A stretch of 64,000 nucleotides of DNA from NCBI GenBank assembly GCA_944331875.1, contig CALVJA010000001.1:161836-225835 (forward strand). Direction: 5' to 3'. The DNA comes from an uncultured Clostridia bacterium (GTDB taxonomy: Bacteria > Bacillota > Clostridia > Christensenellales > DTU072). Numbering within the stretch: the stretch's first letter is position 1; each line of letters begins with the position of its first letter. The notes below the pieces were generated by a model. That model made no database searches and was not told where the DNA came from. It saw nothing but the letters and a program-made list of their open reading frames with translations. Both the position numbers and the translations under genes were made by a program. Shown one piece after another: positions 44,953 through 56,679 of the stretch.

Positions 44953-46936
44953 AAAGATGCGCCTTTTGGCGCATTCGAGCGAAAGGGGAGAGGTGATGCG
45001 CTTTCTGACCGAGTCGGGCGCAGTAGAGCTCACACCCGCGCCGCTCCCGGAGGGGATGCGGATAGCGCACGATGACCCGTCGGACCTCGCCTCGAAGTCG
45101 GCGAAGGCGGAATACGCCATCTATTTCATAAAGGAAATTTCAAAATATCTCGCGCTCGACAAAAAAGCGAAGAGCGTACGCCTAAATTTCAAAAAAGAGA
45201 ACAAATTATACGATCTTGAGGAATACTTCCGCGTGAAGGAGGAGGAAGACGAGCTATTCGCGGCGACGGACAGGATGAAGGCGCTGATGAACGAGCTTGT
45301 CGAAACGAAGTCGCGCATGGGTAGGATCGCGGGCGAAAAGGAGCAGATAAAGGACTACGCGGCAATAGACGTTCCCTTCGACGCCTTCGCCGGCACGGCG
45401 AGGACTTCGTCCGTTCTCGGGCTCATCGAGGAAAAAGAAGTAGAAAAACTGAACGCCGCCCTTCCGGATATACCCGGCGAAATATTCGTATATGCCGGCG
45501 ATAAGTGCGCCGCGGTCGCCGCGGTGTATCTGAAGGAGGAAGCGGAAAAGGTATCGGGAGCGCTCGCCGAAGTCGGGTTCCAGCGCTGTCCCTTTACCTA
45601 CGGCTCTACCGCCGCGGAGAGGATACGGGAGCTTGACGGCGAGCGCGACGCCATAGAAAAAAGGCGCCGAGAGATAATAAAAGAGGGGACGGAGTTTTTC
45701 CCGCTCCTGGAAAAGTTCAAATTGCTGTACGACGCCTACGCTCTGGACGAGGAGATAGCCGCGGTTACGGAGATGACTCCCGTTAGCGGCGAAACGTTTT
45801 TGTTGGAAGCGTGGGTGCCCGCGGCAAAGACGGAAAGCCTCAAAAAAACGCTCACCGAAAAATGCGAATACGTTTTCGTCGATTTTGCGGACCCCGAGGA
45901 GGGGGATACCCCGCCGTCTATACTCAAAAACAACAGATTCGCCTCCGCATTCGAGGAGATCGTCTCGATGTTCGGTATGCCCGGTTACAACGAGCGCGAC
46001 CCCAGCATATTCGTGGCGATATTCTATTTTTTGTTTTTCGGCATAATGATATCGGACGCGGGGTACGGACTGCTACTCGCGATAGGCTGCTTTTTGGTAT
46101 TGAAGATCAAAAAACCCGTTAAAAACTCGGGTAGGATGATGACTATGTTCGCGTTCTGCGGTATCGCGACGGTGATCTGGGGCGCGCTGTTCGGCGGATG
46201 GTTTTCCGTTACTTTGCCCGAAAACAGTTTTCTTGACAAACTCACATGGTTCAACCCGATGGACGAGCCGCTGAAGATGTTCCTTCTCGCTATCGGCGCG
46301 GGCGCGGTGCAGATGGCGGTGGGCTTTGCGATAAAGGGCGTCGACGAGATAAAGGCGGGAAACGTACTCTCGGGCATATGCTCGCAATTCGGCTGGGTGA
46401 TACTGTTCATCGCGCTGGGGCTGTTGTTTCCGACTCTTACGCTGTTTTTGGGCGCGGTCAGAGTGGACGTCACCCCCGAATGGGTGTCGGTCATGGCGGA
46501 TATCGCGCTCTATTTTGCGATAGCGGGCTTTGCGCTCGTCGTTATCGGCGGCATGATAGGGAAAAAGAACGTCGTCAAAGCCATTGGCGGCGCTTTCGGG
46601 TCGATATACGGCTCGATAAACGTGGTGAGCGATCTGTTGAGCTATTCGAGGCTTTTCGGATTGGGACTGACGACCGGGGTCATCGGATACGTAGTCAATA
46701 TGTTGGCGGACCTTATCGTCAACACCTTCTTCGGCGGCGGCTGGTACGGCTGGATCGTGGCGGTGCCGGTACTTATAATAGGTCACGCGTTCAATATGAG
46801 CATCAATCTTTTGGGCGCGTATGTGCACGACTCCAGACTGCAATACGTCGAATTTTTCGGCAGGTTCTACGAGGGACAGGGACACGCGTTCAAGCCGCTC
46901 GGCTCGTCGCCGAAATATACTTATCTTAATAACTGA
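44933..46936 (+). CDS. ntpI: V-type ATPase subunit I (membrane a-subunit)
   Basis: About 667 aa: cytoplasmic N-terminal half plus a C-terminal polytopic domain. Start at 44933 gives MSVIRVKKMRLL, matching the usual MxxxxMxKVxL N-terminus. The ATG at 44957, after AAGGG, is an alternative. Confidence 0.85.
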   Translation: MSVIRVKKMRLLAHSSERGEVMRFLTESGAVELTPAPLPEGMRIAHDDPSDLASKSAKAEYAIYFIKEISKYLALDKKAKSVRLNFKKENKLYDLEEYFRVKEEEDELFAATDRMKALMNELVETKSRMGRIAGEKEQIKDYAAIDVPFDAFAGTARTSSVLGLIEEKEVEKLNAALPDIPGEIFVYAGDKCAAVAAVYLKEEAEKVSGALAEVGFQRCPFTYGSTAAERIRELDGERDAIEKRRREIIKEGTEFFPLLEKFKLLYDAYALDEEIAAVTEMTPVSGETFLLEAWVPAAKTESLKKTLTEKCEYVFVDFADPEEGDTPPSILKNNRFASAFEEIVSMFGMPGYNERDPSIFVAIFYFLFFGIMISDAGYGLLLAIGCFLVLKIKKPVKNSGRMMTMFAFCGIATVIWGALFGGWFSVTLPENSFLDKLTWFNPMDEPLKMFLLAIGAGAVQMAVGFAIKGVDEIKAGNVLSGICSQFGWVILFIALGLLFPTLTLFLGAVRVDVTPEWVSVMADIALYFAIAGFALVVIGGMIGKKNVVKAIGGAFGSIYGSINVVSDLLSYSRLFGLGLTTGVIGYVVNMLADLIVNTFFGGGWYGWIVAVPVLIIGHAFNMSINLLGAYVHDSRLQYVEFFGRFYEGQGHAFKPLGSSPKYTYLNN

Positions 46937-46962
46937 ACCGCTTGCGGTTTAAGTACGAATAA

Positions 46963-47487
<525 letters not shown>

Positions 47488-47494
47488 AAAGGTC

Positions 47495-48076
47495 ATGGAA
47501 AACAATATAGTCTCCAAGATAATCGCGGACGCCGAGGAAAAGGCGGCGGCGGTCATTGCCGAAGCCGAAAACAAGGCGCGCTTCATCCGTCAGAAGACGG
47601 ATTCGGAGATCGACGCGCTCAGATCCGGCGCGGAATCCGAAAAGAAAAAAAGGATGTCCGCGGCGCTTCAGGCAGCAGAGGTGAAGGCGGCGCTGGAGCT
47701 GAAAAAAGCGGAACTCGGCGCCGAAAAGAGCGTCATGGACGTCGTTTTCGACGGCGCGAAGCGGCGCGTGAGGGAGCTGAACAAAAATGAGTATCTGAAA
47801 CTCGTCGAATCAATGCTTTCGTATGCGGAAAGCGGCGACACCGTAAAGATCTCCGCTCTCGACAAGGACGTCATCACCGAGTCGTTTGTCAAAAAGGTCG
47901 CGGATAAGCTGAAGATAAAGCTAAAGCTCTCCAAAACCTACGTCGACATCACCGGCGGAGTCATACTTTCCGGGAGGAACGCGGACAAAAACCTCTCCCT
48001 CGAGGCGGACCTGAAGGAGATACGTGAGCTTACCGAGCCGGAAGCGGCGCGGATATTGTTCGGAGAAGTCAAATGA
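47495..48076 (+). CDS. ntpE: V-type ATPase subunit E
   Basis: 193 aa, with a charged N-terminal helix and a globular C-terminus. Operon position. Confidence 0.8.
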   Translation: MENNIVSKIIADAEEKAAAVIAEAENKARFIRQKTDSEIDALRSGAESEKKKRMSAALQAAEVKAALELKKAELGAEKSVMDVVFDGAKRRVRELNKNEYLKLVESMLSYAESGDTVKISALDKDVITESFVKKVADKLKIKLKLSKTYVDITGGVILSGRNADKNLSLEADLKEIRELTEPEAARILFGEVK

Positions 48077-49044
48077 CCGAAGGACTGCTTTTTGCAAACG
48101 CTGCCGTAAAGACCAGGGAATCGGGGTTGATGAACGCCGAAAAGCTGGGGCGCATAATAGAAGCCGATACGCTCCGCGACGCCGTAAGGGTATTGGCGGA
48201 AGCGGGATACGGCGGGGGCAGCATCCCCGACGATCCGAACGCGTTCGAGGATATGCTGAAAGCGGAAGAGGAAGCGGTCGAGAGTTTTGTCGCAAAAAGC
48301 GCGCCGAAGGGCTCGGGATTCGAATGCTTTTCGGCGGAAAGGGACTACCACAACCTGAAAGCGCTGCTGAAAGCGGAATATTACGGCGTAGATCCCTCCG
48401 AAATGATTCTGAAAGGCGGCTCGGTGTCCCCGGAAACGCTAAAGGAGAGGCTGAAAGCGGGCTCGGGGCTCGGAGAGTTCATGGGTAGCGCCGTTGACGA
48501 GATACGTTTGGCGTATACAGAAAAGGCGCTTACGCCCCGCAAAATAGACTGCGCCGCGGACAGGGCGATGTTTCGCGAAATAGCGGCTATCACCGCGGGG
48601 AAAGGCGTGTCCCCCGCGATCAGAAAATTTTTCCGCATGAAGGCGGACATGACCAACGTCGTCACGTACGCGAGGTGCGTTGCGGTGGGCGGCGGATATT
48701 CGTTTTTCGCGGAGTCTTTCGCCGAGGGCGGCGCGATATCGAAGGATATCTTCGAGCGCGCGTTCAGGGACGGCGCGGACGCAATTACTTTGATGCGGCG
48801 CGTGGAGGATCAGTCCGCGGCCGACGTCGATTCTACTCCGTCGGAGCTCGAAAAATACAGTGACGACGCTCTGACCCGTCTTATATCCTCCGCAAAGGCG
48901 GATATGTTCACCGTGCAGCCTATAATGGGATATTATCTCGGCAAAAAAACGGAGATAAAAATGCTGAGGATCGCGTTGGTGTGCATTAAAAACGGCGTGC
49001 CGCGCGAGGAAATAAAAAAGAAAATGAGGAAACTGTATGCCTAA
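48073..49044 (+). CDS. ntpC: V-type ATPase subunit C (d-type)
   Basis: 323-aa helical protein. 4-nt overlap with ntpE. Operon position. Confidence 0.8.
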   Translation: MTEGLLFANAAVKTRESGLMNAEKLGRIIEADTLRDAVRVLAEAGYGGGSIPDDPNAFEDMLKAEEEAVESFVAKSAPKGSGFECFSAERDYHNLKALLKAEYYGVDPSEMILKGGSVSPETLKERLKAGSGLGEFMGSAVDEIRLAYTEKALTPRKIDCAADRAMFREIAAITAGKGVSPAIRKFFRMKADMTNVVTYARCVAVGGGYSFFAESFAEGGAISKDIFERAFRDGADAITLMRRVEDQSAADVDSTPSELEKYSDDALTRLISSAKADMFTVQPIMGYYLGKKTEIKMLRIALVCIKNGVPREEIKKKMRKLYA

Positions 49045-49354
49045 CGACAAAGTTGCGGCAATAGGCGACAAAGATACCGTGTTCGCTTTCAGGGCTCTCG
49101 GAGTGGACGCGTTCGGCGTTACGGACGCGGACGCCGCCGACACGATAAAAAAGGTCGCGGGCGAATATTCCGTCATATTCGTGACGGAGGACGTCGCCGA
49201 AAAGCAGGCGGAGCTTATCGCAAGATACAAGTCGCGCCCTTATCCCGCGCTGATACCGATCCCTACGGCTTTCGGCTCGTCGGGATTCGGCATGGCGGGC
49301 ATAGACAGAAACGTCGAAAAGGCATTGGGAACGAACCCCGGAGAAGGCGATTAA
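49037..49354 (+). CDS. ntpG: V-type ATPase subunit F (E. hirae NtpG)
   Basis: 105 aa. KVAAIGDKDTVFAFRALGVDAF is a typical subunit F start. Overlaps ntpC by 8 nt. Confidence 0.85.
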   Translation: MPNDKVAAIGDKDTVFAFRALGVDAFGVTDADAADTIKKVAGEYSVIFVTEDVAEKQAELIARYKSRPYPALIPIPTAFGSSGFGMAGIDRNVEKALGTNPGEGD

Positions 49355-49372
49355 CGCCGTGAAGGAGCATAT

Positions 49373-51124
49373 ATGGGCAAAGTGATTAAAGTATCCGGTC
49401 CGCTTATCGTTGCGGACGGCATGGGCGACAGCAAGATGTTCGACGTCGTAAAAGTGGGAAAGGACCGACTTATCGGCGAGATAATCGAACTGCGCGGCGA
49501 ATTCGCCTCGATACAGGTCTACGAGGAGACCGCGGGGATAGGCCCCGGCGACGAAGTCGTCGATACCGGCGCGCCCCTTTCGGTGGAACTCGGACCCGGG
49601 CTCATCGGCGGCATATACGACGGCATACAGCGCCCCCTCGATAAATTGAGAGCGCTTAGCGGCGACAGGATCGCGCGCGGAGTCGAGGCTGAGGCTTTGG
49701 ACCACGCTAAAAAATGGACGTTCGTCGCGACCGCGAAAAAGGGCGACGAGCTGAAAGCGGGCGACGAGTTGGGTTACGTCGAGGAAAACGTACTGATCCG
49801 CCACAAGATAACGGTGCCCGTCGGCGCGGACGGAGAAGTCGCGAAGATCTCCTCCGGCGAATACACCGTCCTCGACGTCGTCGCCGAGATGAAGACGAAG
49901 ACCGGGAAAGCGCGCGTCACGATGCTCAGGCGCTCGATGGTCAGAAAGGGAAGACCTTACCGTCAAAAGCTGTCGCCGACGGAGCCGATGACGACGGGGC
50001 AGAGGGTGATAGACACCTTTTTCCCGATAGCGCGCGGCGGCGTGGCGGCGGTGCCGGGACCGTTCGGAAGCGGCAAGACCGTCGTTCAGCACCAGCTCGC
50101 CAAGTGGGCGGACGCGGACATCATAGTTTATGTGGGCTGCGGCGAACGCGGAAACGAGATGACCGACGTTCTGAACGAGTTTCCGTCGCTCACCGACCCA
50201 AAAACGGGCGAACCGCTGATGAAGCGCACCGTCCTGATAGCGAACACTTCGGATATGCCCGTCGCGGCGAGGGAAGCGAGCATCTATACGGGGATAACGA
50301 TAGCGGAATACTTCCGCGACATGGGATATAACGTCGCGATAATGGCGGACTCGACGAGCCGCTGGGCGGAGGCGCTGCGCGAAATGAGCGGACGGCTGGA
50401 GGAAATGCCCGGCGAAGAGGGGTATCCCGCGTATCTTGCGAGCAGGCTTGCGGAGTTTTACGAGAGAGCGGGCACGGTAAAGGTATTGGGCTCCGGGGAT
50501 ATAACGGGTTCCATAACCGCGATAGGCGCGGTGAGCCCTCCCGGGGGAGACTTGTCCGAACCGGTGTCGCAGGCGACTTTGCGTATCGTAAAGGTGTTCT
50601 GGGGACTTAGTTCGTCGCTTGCCTACAGGCGGCACTTCCCCGCGATAGACTGGCTGACGAGCTATTCGCTCTATTCCGACAGGCTTTCTAATTGGTACGA
50701 CAGGGAGCTCGGCGAAGAGTGGAATTCGATGCGCGCCGAGGCAATGCGGATACTCCAGGAAGAGGCGAGTCTGAACGAGATCGTGCGCCTTGTCGGCGCG
50801 GACGCGCTGGGCGGCAGGGACAAGGTAACTATGGACACCGCAAAATCGATCCGCGAAGATTATCTGCATCAGAACGCTTTCCACGAAACGGACACTTACA
50901 CCTCCCCGAAAAAGCAGTTCAGGATGCTGAAACTCATACTTGAGTTCGACAACCGCGCGCGAGCGGCGCTCAACGAAAACGTCGAGACGGAGGATATTTT
51001 CGCGCTCGGCGTAAAGGAAAAGATAGGAAGATGCAAATATATTTCGGAGGAGAACATGTCCGAATTCGATAAAATAGAGGACGAGCTCGCCGCCGAGTTC
51101 GAGGCGCTGACCGGCAAGAGGTAA
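49373..51124 (+). CDS. ntpA: V-type ATPase catalytic subunit A
   Basis: 583 aa. Walker [10 protein letters not shown], and the non-homologous insert typical of A subunits. Confidence 0.95.
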   Translation: MGKVIKVSGPLIVADGMGDSKMFDVVKVGKDRLIGEIIELRGEFASIQVYEETAGIGPGDEVVDTGAPLSVELGPGLIGGIYDGIQRPLDKLRALSGDRIARGVEAEALDHAKKWTFVATAKKGDELKAGDELGYVEENVLIRHKITVPVGADGEVAKISSGEYTVLDVVAEMKTKTGKARVTMLRRSMVRKGRPYRQKLSPTEPMTTGQRVIDTFFPIARGGVAAVPGPFGSGKTVVQHQLAKWADADIIVYVGCGERGNEMTDVLNEFPSLTDPKTGEPLMKRTVLIANTSDMPVAAREASIYTGITIAEYFRDMGYNVAIMADSTSRWAEALREMSGRLEEMPGEEGYPAYLASRLAEFYERAGTVKVLGSGDITGSITAIGAVSPPGGDLSEPVSQATLRIVKVFWGLSSSLAYRRHFPAIDWLTSYSLYSDRLSNWYDRELGEEWNSMRAEAMRILQEEASLNEIVRLVGADALGGRDKVTMDTAKSIREDYLHQNAFHETDTYTSPKKQFRMLKLILEFDNRARAALNENVETEDIFALGVKEKIGRCKYISEENMSEFDKIEDELAAEFEALTGKR

Positions 51125-51126
51125 AT

Positions 51127-52506
51127 ATGCTGAAAGAGTACAAGACCATAAAGGAAATAGTGGGACCGCTGATGCTCGTCGAGGGTGTTAGCGGCGTAAA
51201 ATACGACGAGCTCGTCGAGATAACCGGCGAGGACGGCGACTTTAGGCGCGGCAAAGTGCTCGAGGTCAAAGGCGACAAAGCGCTCGTGCAGCTTTTCGAG
51301 GGCTCGCACGGCATAAAGATATCGTCCGCCAAGGCAAGGTTTTTGGGTAGACCCATGGAGCTCGGATGTTCCCCCGATATGCTGGGGCGCGTGTTCGACG
51401 GCATGGGACGTCCCAAAGACGGCGGCGAGGCGATAATCCCGCATAAACGCTATAACGTAAACGGTCAGCCCATAAACCCCGTCGCGCGCGATTATCCGAA
51501 CGAATTTATTCAAACGGGCATCAGCGCGATAGACGGACTGAACACGCTGGTCAGGGGACAGAAACTTCCCGTGTTCAGTATGTCGGGACTGCCGCACGCG
51601 AATCTCGCGGCGCAGATAGCGAGGCAGGCGAAGGTCTTGGACGACTCCGAAAAGTTCGCCGTCGTGTTCGCCGCGATAGGGATAACGTTCGAGGAAGCGG
51701 ACTTTTTCATATCCGATTTCGAACGTACGGGTGCGATAGACAGGACGGTAACGTTCGTAAACCTTGCAAACGATCCCGCGATAGAGCGTATAGCGACTCC
51801 TAGGATGGCGCTGACCGCGGCGGAATATCTTGCGTTCGAAAGGAATATGCACGTTCTCGTCATCATGACGGACATGACCAACTACGCGGAAGCGCTGCGC
51901 GAAGTGAGCGCCGCCAGAAAGGAAGTGCCCGGCAGGCGCGGGTATCCGGGGTATCTGTACACGGATCTCGCGTCGATATACGAGCGCGCCGGGCGTATCC
52001 GCGGCAAAAAGGGTTCCATCACCGAAATACCGATACTGACGATGCCCGAGGACGACAAAACGCATCCGATACCCGACCTTACCGGATACATCACGGAAGG
52101 GCAGATCATACTTTCGCGCGAATTGTATAAAAAAGGTATAAATCCGCCGATAGACGTGCTGCCCTCGCTGTCGAGGCTGAAGGATAAAGGTATCGGCGAC
52201 GGGAAGACCAGAAAAGACCATGCCGATACGATGAACCAGCTGTTCGCGGCATACGCGAGCGGAAAGGAAGCGAAGGAATTGGAAGCCATCCTGGGCGAAG
52301 CGGCGCTGTCGCCGATGGACCTAAAATATTCGGCGTTTGCCGAGGCGTTCGAGAAAAGATACGTCGCGCAGGGCTACGATTCCGACAGACCCGTGGACGA
52401 AACGCTTAACCTCGGCTGGGAGTTGATGAGGCTTTTGCCGCGCTCCGAACTCAAGCGCGTCAGGGACGAGTATCTTGACGAGTACTACCCTATAAACGAG
52501 CACTGA
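51127..52506 (+). CDS. ntpB: V-type ATPase subunit B
   Basis: 459 aa. [18 protein letters not shown] start and [15 protein letters not shown] block. Confidence 0.95.
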   Translation: MLKEYKTIKEIVGPLMLVEGVSGVKYDELVEITGEDGDFRRGKVLEVKGDKALVQLFEGSHGIKISSAKARFLGRPMELGCSPDMLGRVFDGMGRPKDGGEAIIPHKRYNVNGQPINPVARDYPNEFIQTGISAIDGLNTLVRGQKLPVFSMSGLPHANLAAQIARQAKVLDDSEKFAVVFAAIGITFEEADFFISDFERTGAIDRTVTFVNLANDPAIERIATPRMALTAAEYLAFERNMHVLVIMTDMTNYAEALREVSAARKEVPGRRGYPGYLYTDLASIYERAGRIRGKKGSITEIPILTMPEDDKTHPIPDLTGYITEGQIILSRELYKKGINPPIDVLPSLSRLKDKGIGDGKTRKDHADTMNQLFAAYASGKEAKELEAILGEAALSPMDLKYSAFAEAFEKRYVAQGYDSDRPVDETLNLGWELMRLLPRSELKRVRDEYLDEYYPINEH

Positions 52507-52535
52507 GTATAAATATAGCAAAACAATAAGGGACT

Positions 52536-53165
52536 ATGGCAAGACTTAACGTAAATCCTACAAGAATGGAAATGCGCACGTTGAAGGCGCGGTTGAAAAC
52601 GGCTGTCCGCGGACACAAGCTCCTGAAGGACAAATCCGACGAGACCGTGCGCCGCTTCATGGAATTCGTGCGCTTGAATCGCAAGCTGCGAAAGGAAACG
52701 GAAACGGAAGTCACCGCCGCCCTGAAATCGTTCCTCACCGCCTCCGCCGCGAACTCCCCCGAGATCATAGCGGAAGCCGTGTCCGTTCCCGTAAGGAGCG
52801 TGAAACTCACCTCGGAGATATCCAACATAATGAGCGTGAGAGTGCCGAAGATAACCGTCGAGGAAGGCGAGGAAAAGGAGATGTATCCGTATTCCTTCGC
52901 GACGGTAACGTCGGATCTCGACGTATCCGTCAAAAAGCTCGGCGAAGTGCTCGTAAAGCTCATACGCCTCGCCGAGGTCGAAAAGACGTGCGATATGCTT
53001 GCGGACGAAATAGAAAAGACAAGGCGTAGGGTGAACGCGCTCGAGTACGTGCTGATACCCGATTACGAGGAGACGATAAAATATATATCGATGAAACTCG
53101 ATGAAAACGAAAGGGCGAATACGATCCGCCTGATGAAAGTCAAGTCGATGTTGGAGAAGGGATGA
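52536..53165 (+). CDS. ntpD: V-type ATPase subunit D (central stalk)
   Basis: 209 aa. MARLNVNPTRMEMRTLKARL is the conserved subunit D N-terminus. Confidence 0.92.
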   Translation: MARLNVNPTRMEMRTLKARLKTAVRGHKLLKDKSDETVRRFMEFVRLNRKLRKETETEVTAALKSFLTASAANSPEIIAEAVSVPVRSVKLTSEISNIMSVRVPKITVEEGEEKEMYPYSFATVTSDLDVSVKKLGEVLVKLIRLAEVEKTCDMLADEIEKTRRRVNALEYVLIPDYEETIKYISMKLDENERANTIRLMKVKSMLEKG

Positions 53166-54655
53166 ACGGAGGAAAAATGCGACGTCTGAAAATTATTGCC
53201 GCATTGATGCTGATAGCTGCATTTGTCTGCTTTTCGGTATCATGTACCGATGATACGGGTACCCAAACTCCGCCCGATCAACAGACTCCGCCCGTTACGG
53301 ACTCCGAGGAGAATAATGACGGGGACGGCGGACAGATAGATACCGATCCGGGCTCGGGATCCGAGGACGAAGACGAAAAGCCTCAGACGCCGCCCGCGAG
53401 CGACGGCTCGCTGACGTATTCTCCGAACGCGGAGGGCGGTTACACGGTCACGCGTTTTGTCGCGGGGACCACCGCCGCGGTCATACCCGACGAATTCAAC
53501 GGTAAGCCCGTTACGGAAATCGGCGAGGGCGTGTTCCGCGCCTCGCGCCTGGTCAGCGTGCAGATCGGCGCGAACGTCAAAAAGATAGGCGACAGGGCGT
53601 TCTCGCTTTCGTACGATCTTGCCGAAGTTACTTTTGCGGACGTCTCCGTATTGGAGGAGATCGGCGAAAAGGCGTTCTATTGCTGCGAATCGCTCGAAAA
53701 ACTCGATCTTCCCGAGTCGGTCACCGCATTGGGTGCGGAATGCTTCGCTGGGGCGCTCTCTCTTTCCGATATCTCCTTCGGACCCGAAATCTCTAGGATA
53801 GGTAAAGACGCGCTTCAAAATACTTTATGGCTCACAAACGCGAACGTCGGAGTCATTTATATAGGCGCTACCGCATACGGCTACAAACACGTTCCCGAGG
53901 TCAATAACCCTTACGTTCAGATAGAAGACGGCACCGTATCCGTTGCCGACGGCGCTTTCGAGGGCGACGAGCGCATTATTGCATTCTATATACCCGCTTC
54001 GGTCACGCACATAGGATATAAGGCGTTTGCAGGATGTACCGCTTTGACGACGATAACGGTGGACGCATTAAACCCCGCGTATTACGCGGAGGACAACGCT
54101 TTGGTGGAGCGCGAAAGTCTCACGGTCATAAAGGGCGTGGGCTCGGTTCCCGAGGGAGCGGAGGCGATAGGCGACTTCGCATACGCTTTTAGTTCATCGC
54201 TCGATACGCTTATCCTTCCCGAAACGGTCGAGAGAATAGGTATTTCCGCCTTCGAAGGCTGCTCCGCGCTCGTATCGGTCGAGATGAGCGAGGCGATAAC
54301 CGAGATCCCCGACGGCGCTTTCCGGGGCGATACGGCGCTTTCCGAGATAAAGATCCATAAAGACGTCACGCTTATTTCCGGCACGGCGTTCAGCGGCTGC
54401 ACGGGATTGAAGACGGTGTATCTGGATTCGCCCGCCGTCATAGTCGCCGCGGATATGTCCACGTCGGCAGGGCATCTTCTCGAAAACGCCGATACCGTAT
54501 TCGTGTCGGAGAATGCGTTTTTGGACGAAAACGGCGATCCGATAACGAACCTAGACCCCGCGGACAGTCATCCTTATCTGTACGCTTTCTTCGAGCGCGC
54601 GGACGCGTCCCGGGAGGAGGGTTACGTCGAATGGAACAGGAAGGCGGACTTATGA
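53162..54655 (+). CDS. leucine-rich repeat (BspA-type LRR) surface lipoprotein
   Basis: 497 aa. Signal peptide/lipobox ...AAFVCFSVSC, then a Pro/Thr/Asp/Glu linker, then repeated units of the form IGxxAFxxCxxLxxIxxPxSVxxIG. ATGA overlap with ntpD. The ATG at 53177 is an alternative start. Confidence 0.8.
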   Translation: MNGGKMRRLKIIAALMLIAAFVCFSVSCTDDTGTQTPPDQQTPPVTDSEENNDGDGGQIDTDPGSGSEDEDEKPQTPPASDGSLTYSPNAEGGYTVTRFVAGTTAAVIPDEFNGKPVTEIGEGVFRASRLVSVQIGANVKKIGDRAFSLSYDLAEVTFADVSVLEEIGEKAFYCCESLEKLDLPESVTALGAECFAGALSLSDISFGPEISRIGKDALQNTLWLTNANVGVIYIGATAYGYKHVPEVNNPYVQIEDGTVSVADGAFEGDERIIAFYIPASVTHIGYKAFAGCTALTTITVDALNPAYYAEDNALVERESLTVIKGVGSVPEGAEAIGDFAYAFSSSLDTLILPETVERIGISAFEGCSALVSVEMSEAITEIPDGAFRGDTALSEIKIHKDVTLISGTAFSGCTGLKTVYLDSPAVIVAADMSTSAGHLLENADTVFVSENAFLDENGDPITNLDPADSHPYLYAFFERADASREEGYVEWNRKADL

Positions 54656-55599
54656 ACGTTAAACCGATAAAACTTCTGCCCGCCACCAAAGATTACATAT
54701 GGGGCGGCACGAAATTAAAGAAACTGTGGGGCAAACGCGCCGACACGCCGACCATTGCGGAATGCTGGGAATTTTCCGTCTATCCGGGCTCCGCTTCCGT
54801 CGTGGACGACGCGATGTTCAAAGGCTATACGCTCGACAAACTTCTTGAAAAACATCCCGAATTTTTCGGAGAAAAGCTGAAAAATTATAAAAAATTCCCC
54901 GTCTTAATAAAATTGTTGGACGCGTCGGGCGACCTTTCGGTGCAGGTGCATCCGTCCGACGAGTACGCTTTGGAGCATGAGGGCGAACTCGGCAAGACCG
55001 AGATGTGGTATATCCTGGACGCGGACGAGGGCGCGTATATTTATTACGGTTTCAACCGCGGATATACCCGGGAAGAGGTCGCTTCCGCGGCGGCAAACGG
55101 CAGCATTACGGAGCTTTTGAACAAGGTGTTCGTCAAAAAAGGGGACTGCTTCGCCGTTCCGGCGGGAACGGTGCACGCGCTTTGCCGCGGCGTCACGGTG
55201 TACGAGGCGCAGGAAAACAGCAACGTGACCTACCGCGTATGGGACTATCGTAGAAAGGATAAAAACGGCAGGGAGCGCGAGCTGCATTTGGATAAGGCGC
55301 TCGAGGTCATGGACACGGGACCCGCCCCCATGGAACAAAGCGCGAACGCGCGCACAGTCAACGGCAATACGGTCAGAAAACTCGTAAAAACGGAGTATTT
55401 CAACGTAAAAGAGGTACGTATAACGGGAGAATATCTGATGTATTCGCCGGATTCGTTTCAGGTGGTGACCGTTGCGGACGGGAGCGCCGTATTCGATTCG
55501 GGCGCGGTCGCAGGAAAGGGCGACACCTACTTTCTGCCCGCGGGGCAAATGTACAAACTGACGGCGGAAAGCGCCGTTATACTCGTGACATCTCTTTGA
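54652..55599 (+). CDS. manA: mannose-6-phosphate isomerase, class I
   Basis: About 315 aa. KDYIWGG and SVQVHPSDEYA zinc-site blocks. The ATG at 54652 follows AGGAAGG and overlaps the upstream stop (ATGA). Confidence 0.88.
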   Translation: MNVKPIKLLPATKDYIWGGTKLKKLWGKRADTPTIAECWEFSVYPGSASVVDDAMFKGYTLDKLLEKHPEFFGEKLKNYKKFPVLIKLLDASGDLSVQVHPSDEYALEHEGELGKTEMWYILDADEGAYIYYGFNRGYTREEVASAAANGSITELLNKVFVKKGDCFAVPAGTVHALCRGVTVYEAQENSNVTYRVWDYRRKDKNGRERELHLDKALEVMDTGPAPMEQSANARTVNGNTVRKLVKTEYFNVKEVRITGEYLMYSPDSFQVVTVADGSAVFDSGAVAGKGDTYFLPAGQMYKLTAESAVILVTSL

Positions 55600-55614
55600 T
55601 CGGAGGACGGATAA

Positions 55615-56571
55615 ATGTATTACATAGGAATTGACGTCGGCGGGATGAGCATAAAAGCGGGCATTTTCGACGAAAAGGGCAAACTTTTGCTGAAAGATTC
55701 GGTCAGAACGCTCCCCGAAAGGCATTATTCCGAGATAGTCGCCGACATGGCGGAGCTTACGAAACGGATAGCCGAAAAAGCGGGCGTAGGGACGGACGAG
55801 ATCACGGGGGTCGGTATGGGTATCCCCGGGACGATAAACTCCAAAACGGGGATGATAACGTACGCGAACAACATAAATTTCGAGAAAGTCCCCGTCGTAA
55901 AGGAGTTTCAAAAGCATCTCGACGTTCCCGTATATATCAACAACGACGCCAACGCCGCGGCGCTCGGCGAGGCGGAATTCGGCTCCGGCAACGGCTCTAA
56001 GGACGTCGTTTTCGTGACTCTCGGCACGGGAGTCGGAACGGGGATAATAACGGACGGAGTGCTCCTAGAGGGAAAATGCGGCGCGGGCGCCGAGGGCGGA
56101 CACATGACCATCAGAATGGGCGGCGAAAAATGCACCTGCGGAAAGCGCGGCTGCTGGGAAGCGTACGCTTCCGCATCGGCTCTCATGCGTCAGACCAAAA
56201 AGGCAATGAAAGCGGATCCGTCGAGCCTTATGCACGAGGAAGCGGCAAAGGAAGGAAAAATAAGCGGCAGGACGGCGTTCAACGCGATGCGCCGCGGCGA
56301 CCGCACCGCCAAGAGGGTGACGGACAATTATATAAAATACGTCGCCGAGGGGATAATAAATATGGTCAACCTCTTCCGTCCCGATTGCGTTCTGATAGGC
56401 GGCGGCATATCGAATGAAGGGGACTGGCTGATGGCGAAAATTCAAAGAAGAGTAAACCGTTTCAGCTTCGGCGGGCACCGAAACCCCAAAGTTTATGTCA
56501 GAAAAGCCGTTCTCGGAAACGACGCGGGGATGTACGGCGCGGCGGCACTCGCGATGAAAAAGATCCGATAA
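55615..56571 (+). CDS. glk: ROK family glucokinase
   Basis: 318 aa. N-terminal IGIDVGGMSIK ATP-binding block and ROK zinc motif CTCGKRGCWEAY. Confidence 0.88.
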   Translation: MYYIGIDVGGMSIKAGIFDEKGKLLLKDSVRTLPERHYSEIVADMAELTKRIAEKAGVGTDEITGVGMGIPGTINSKTGMITYANNINFEKVPVVKEFQKHLDVPVYINNDANAAALGEAEFGSGNGSKDVVFVTLGTGVGTGIITDGVLLEGKCGAGAEGGHMTIRMGGEKCTCGKRGCWEAYASASALMRQTKKAMKADPSSLMHEEAAKEGKISGRTAFNAMRRGDRTAKRVTDNYIKYVAEGIINMVNLFRPDCVLIGGGISNEGDWLMAKIQRRVNRFSFGGHRNPKVYVRKAVLGNDAGMYGAAALAMKKIR

Positions 56572-56679
56572 AAGGGCGCTTCGGGCGCCGGGAGCGTATC
56601 CCCGCGCCCGATAATACCCCGTACGGGAGCGGCTTAAAGCCGCGAAAACAAAAAAATCGGCGAAAAGCGCGAATTTTGC

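Noticed and set aside
48986-50884. 632-aa ORF on the minus strand, and similar long antisense ORFs at 32053-33945, 50896-52221, 9411-10736, 13023-14222 and 22654-23682
   Set aside because: Each lies exactly antisense to a confidently identified gene (ntpA, smc, ntpB, rimO, rny, iorA). Their translations are Arg/His/Phe-rich low-complexity sequences with no recognisable motifs or RBS. Long stop-free antisense frames are expected in GC-rich coding sequence.
56572-56600. GGCGC-ttcg-GCGCC hairpin after glk as a terminator
   Set aside because: The stem is short and no T-run follows. It is not convincing enough to annotate, and termination may instead occur further into the spacer before the rplU promoter.
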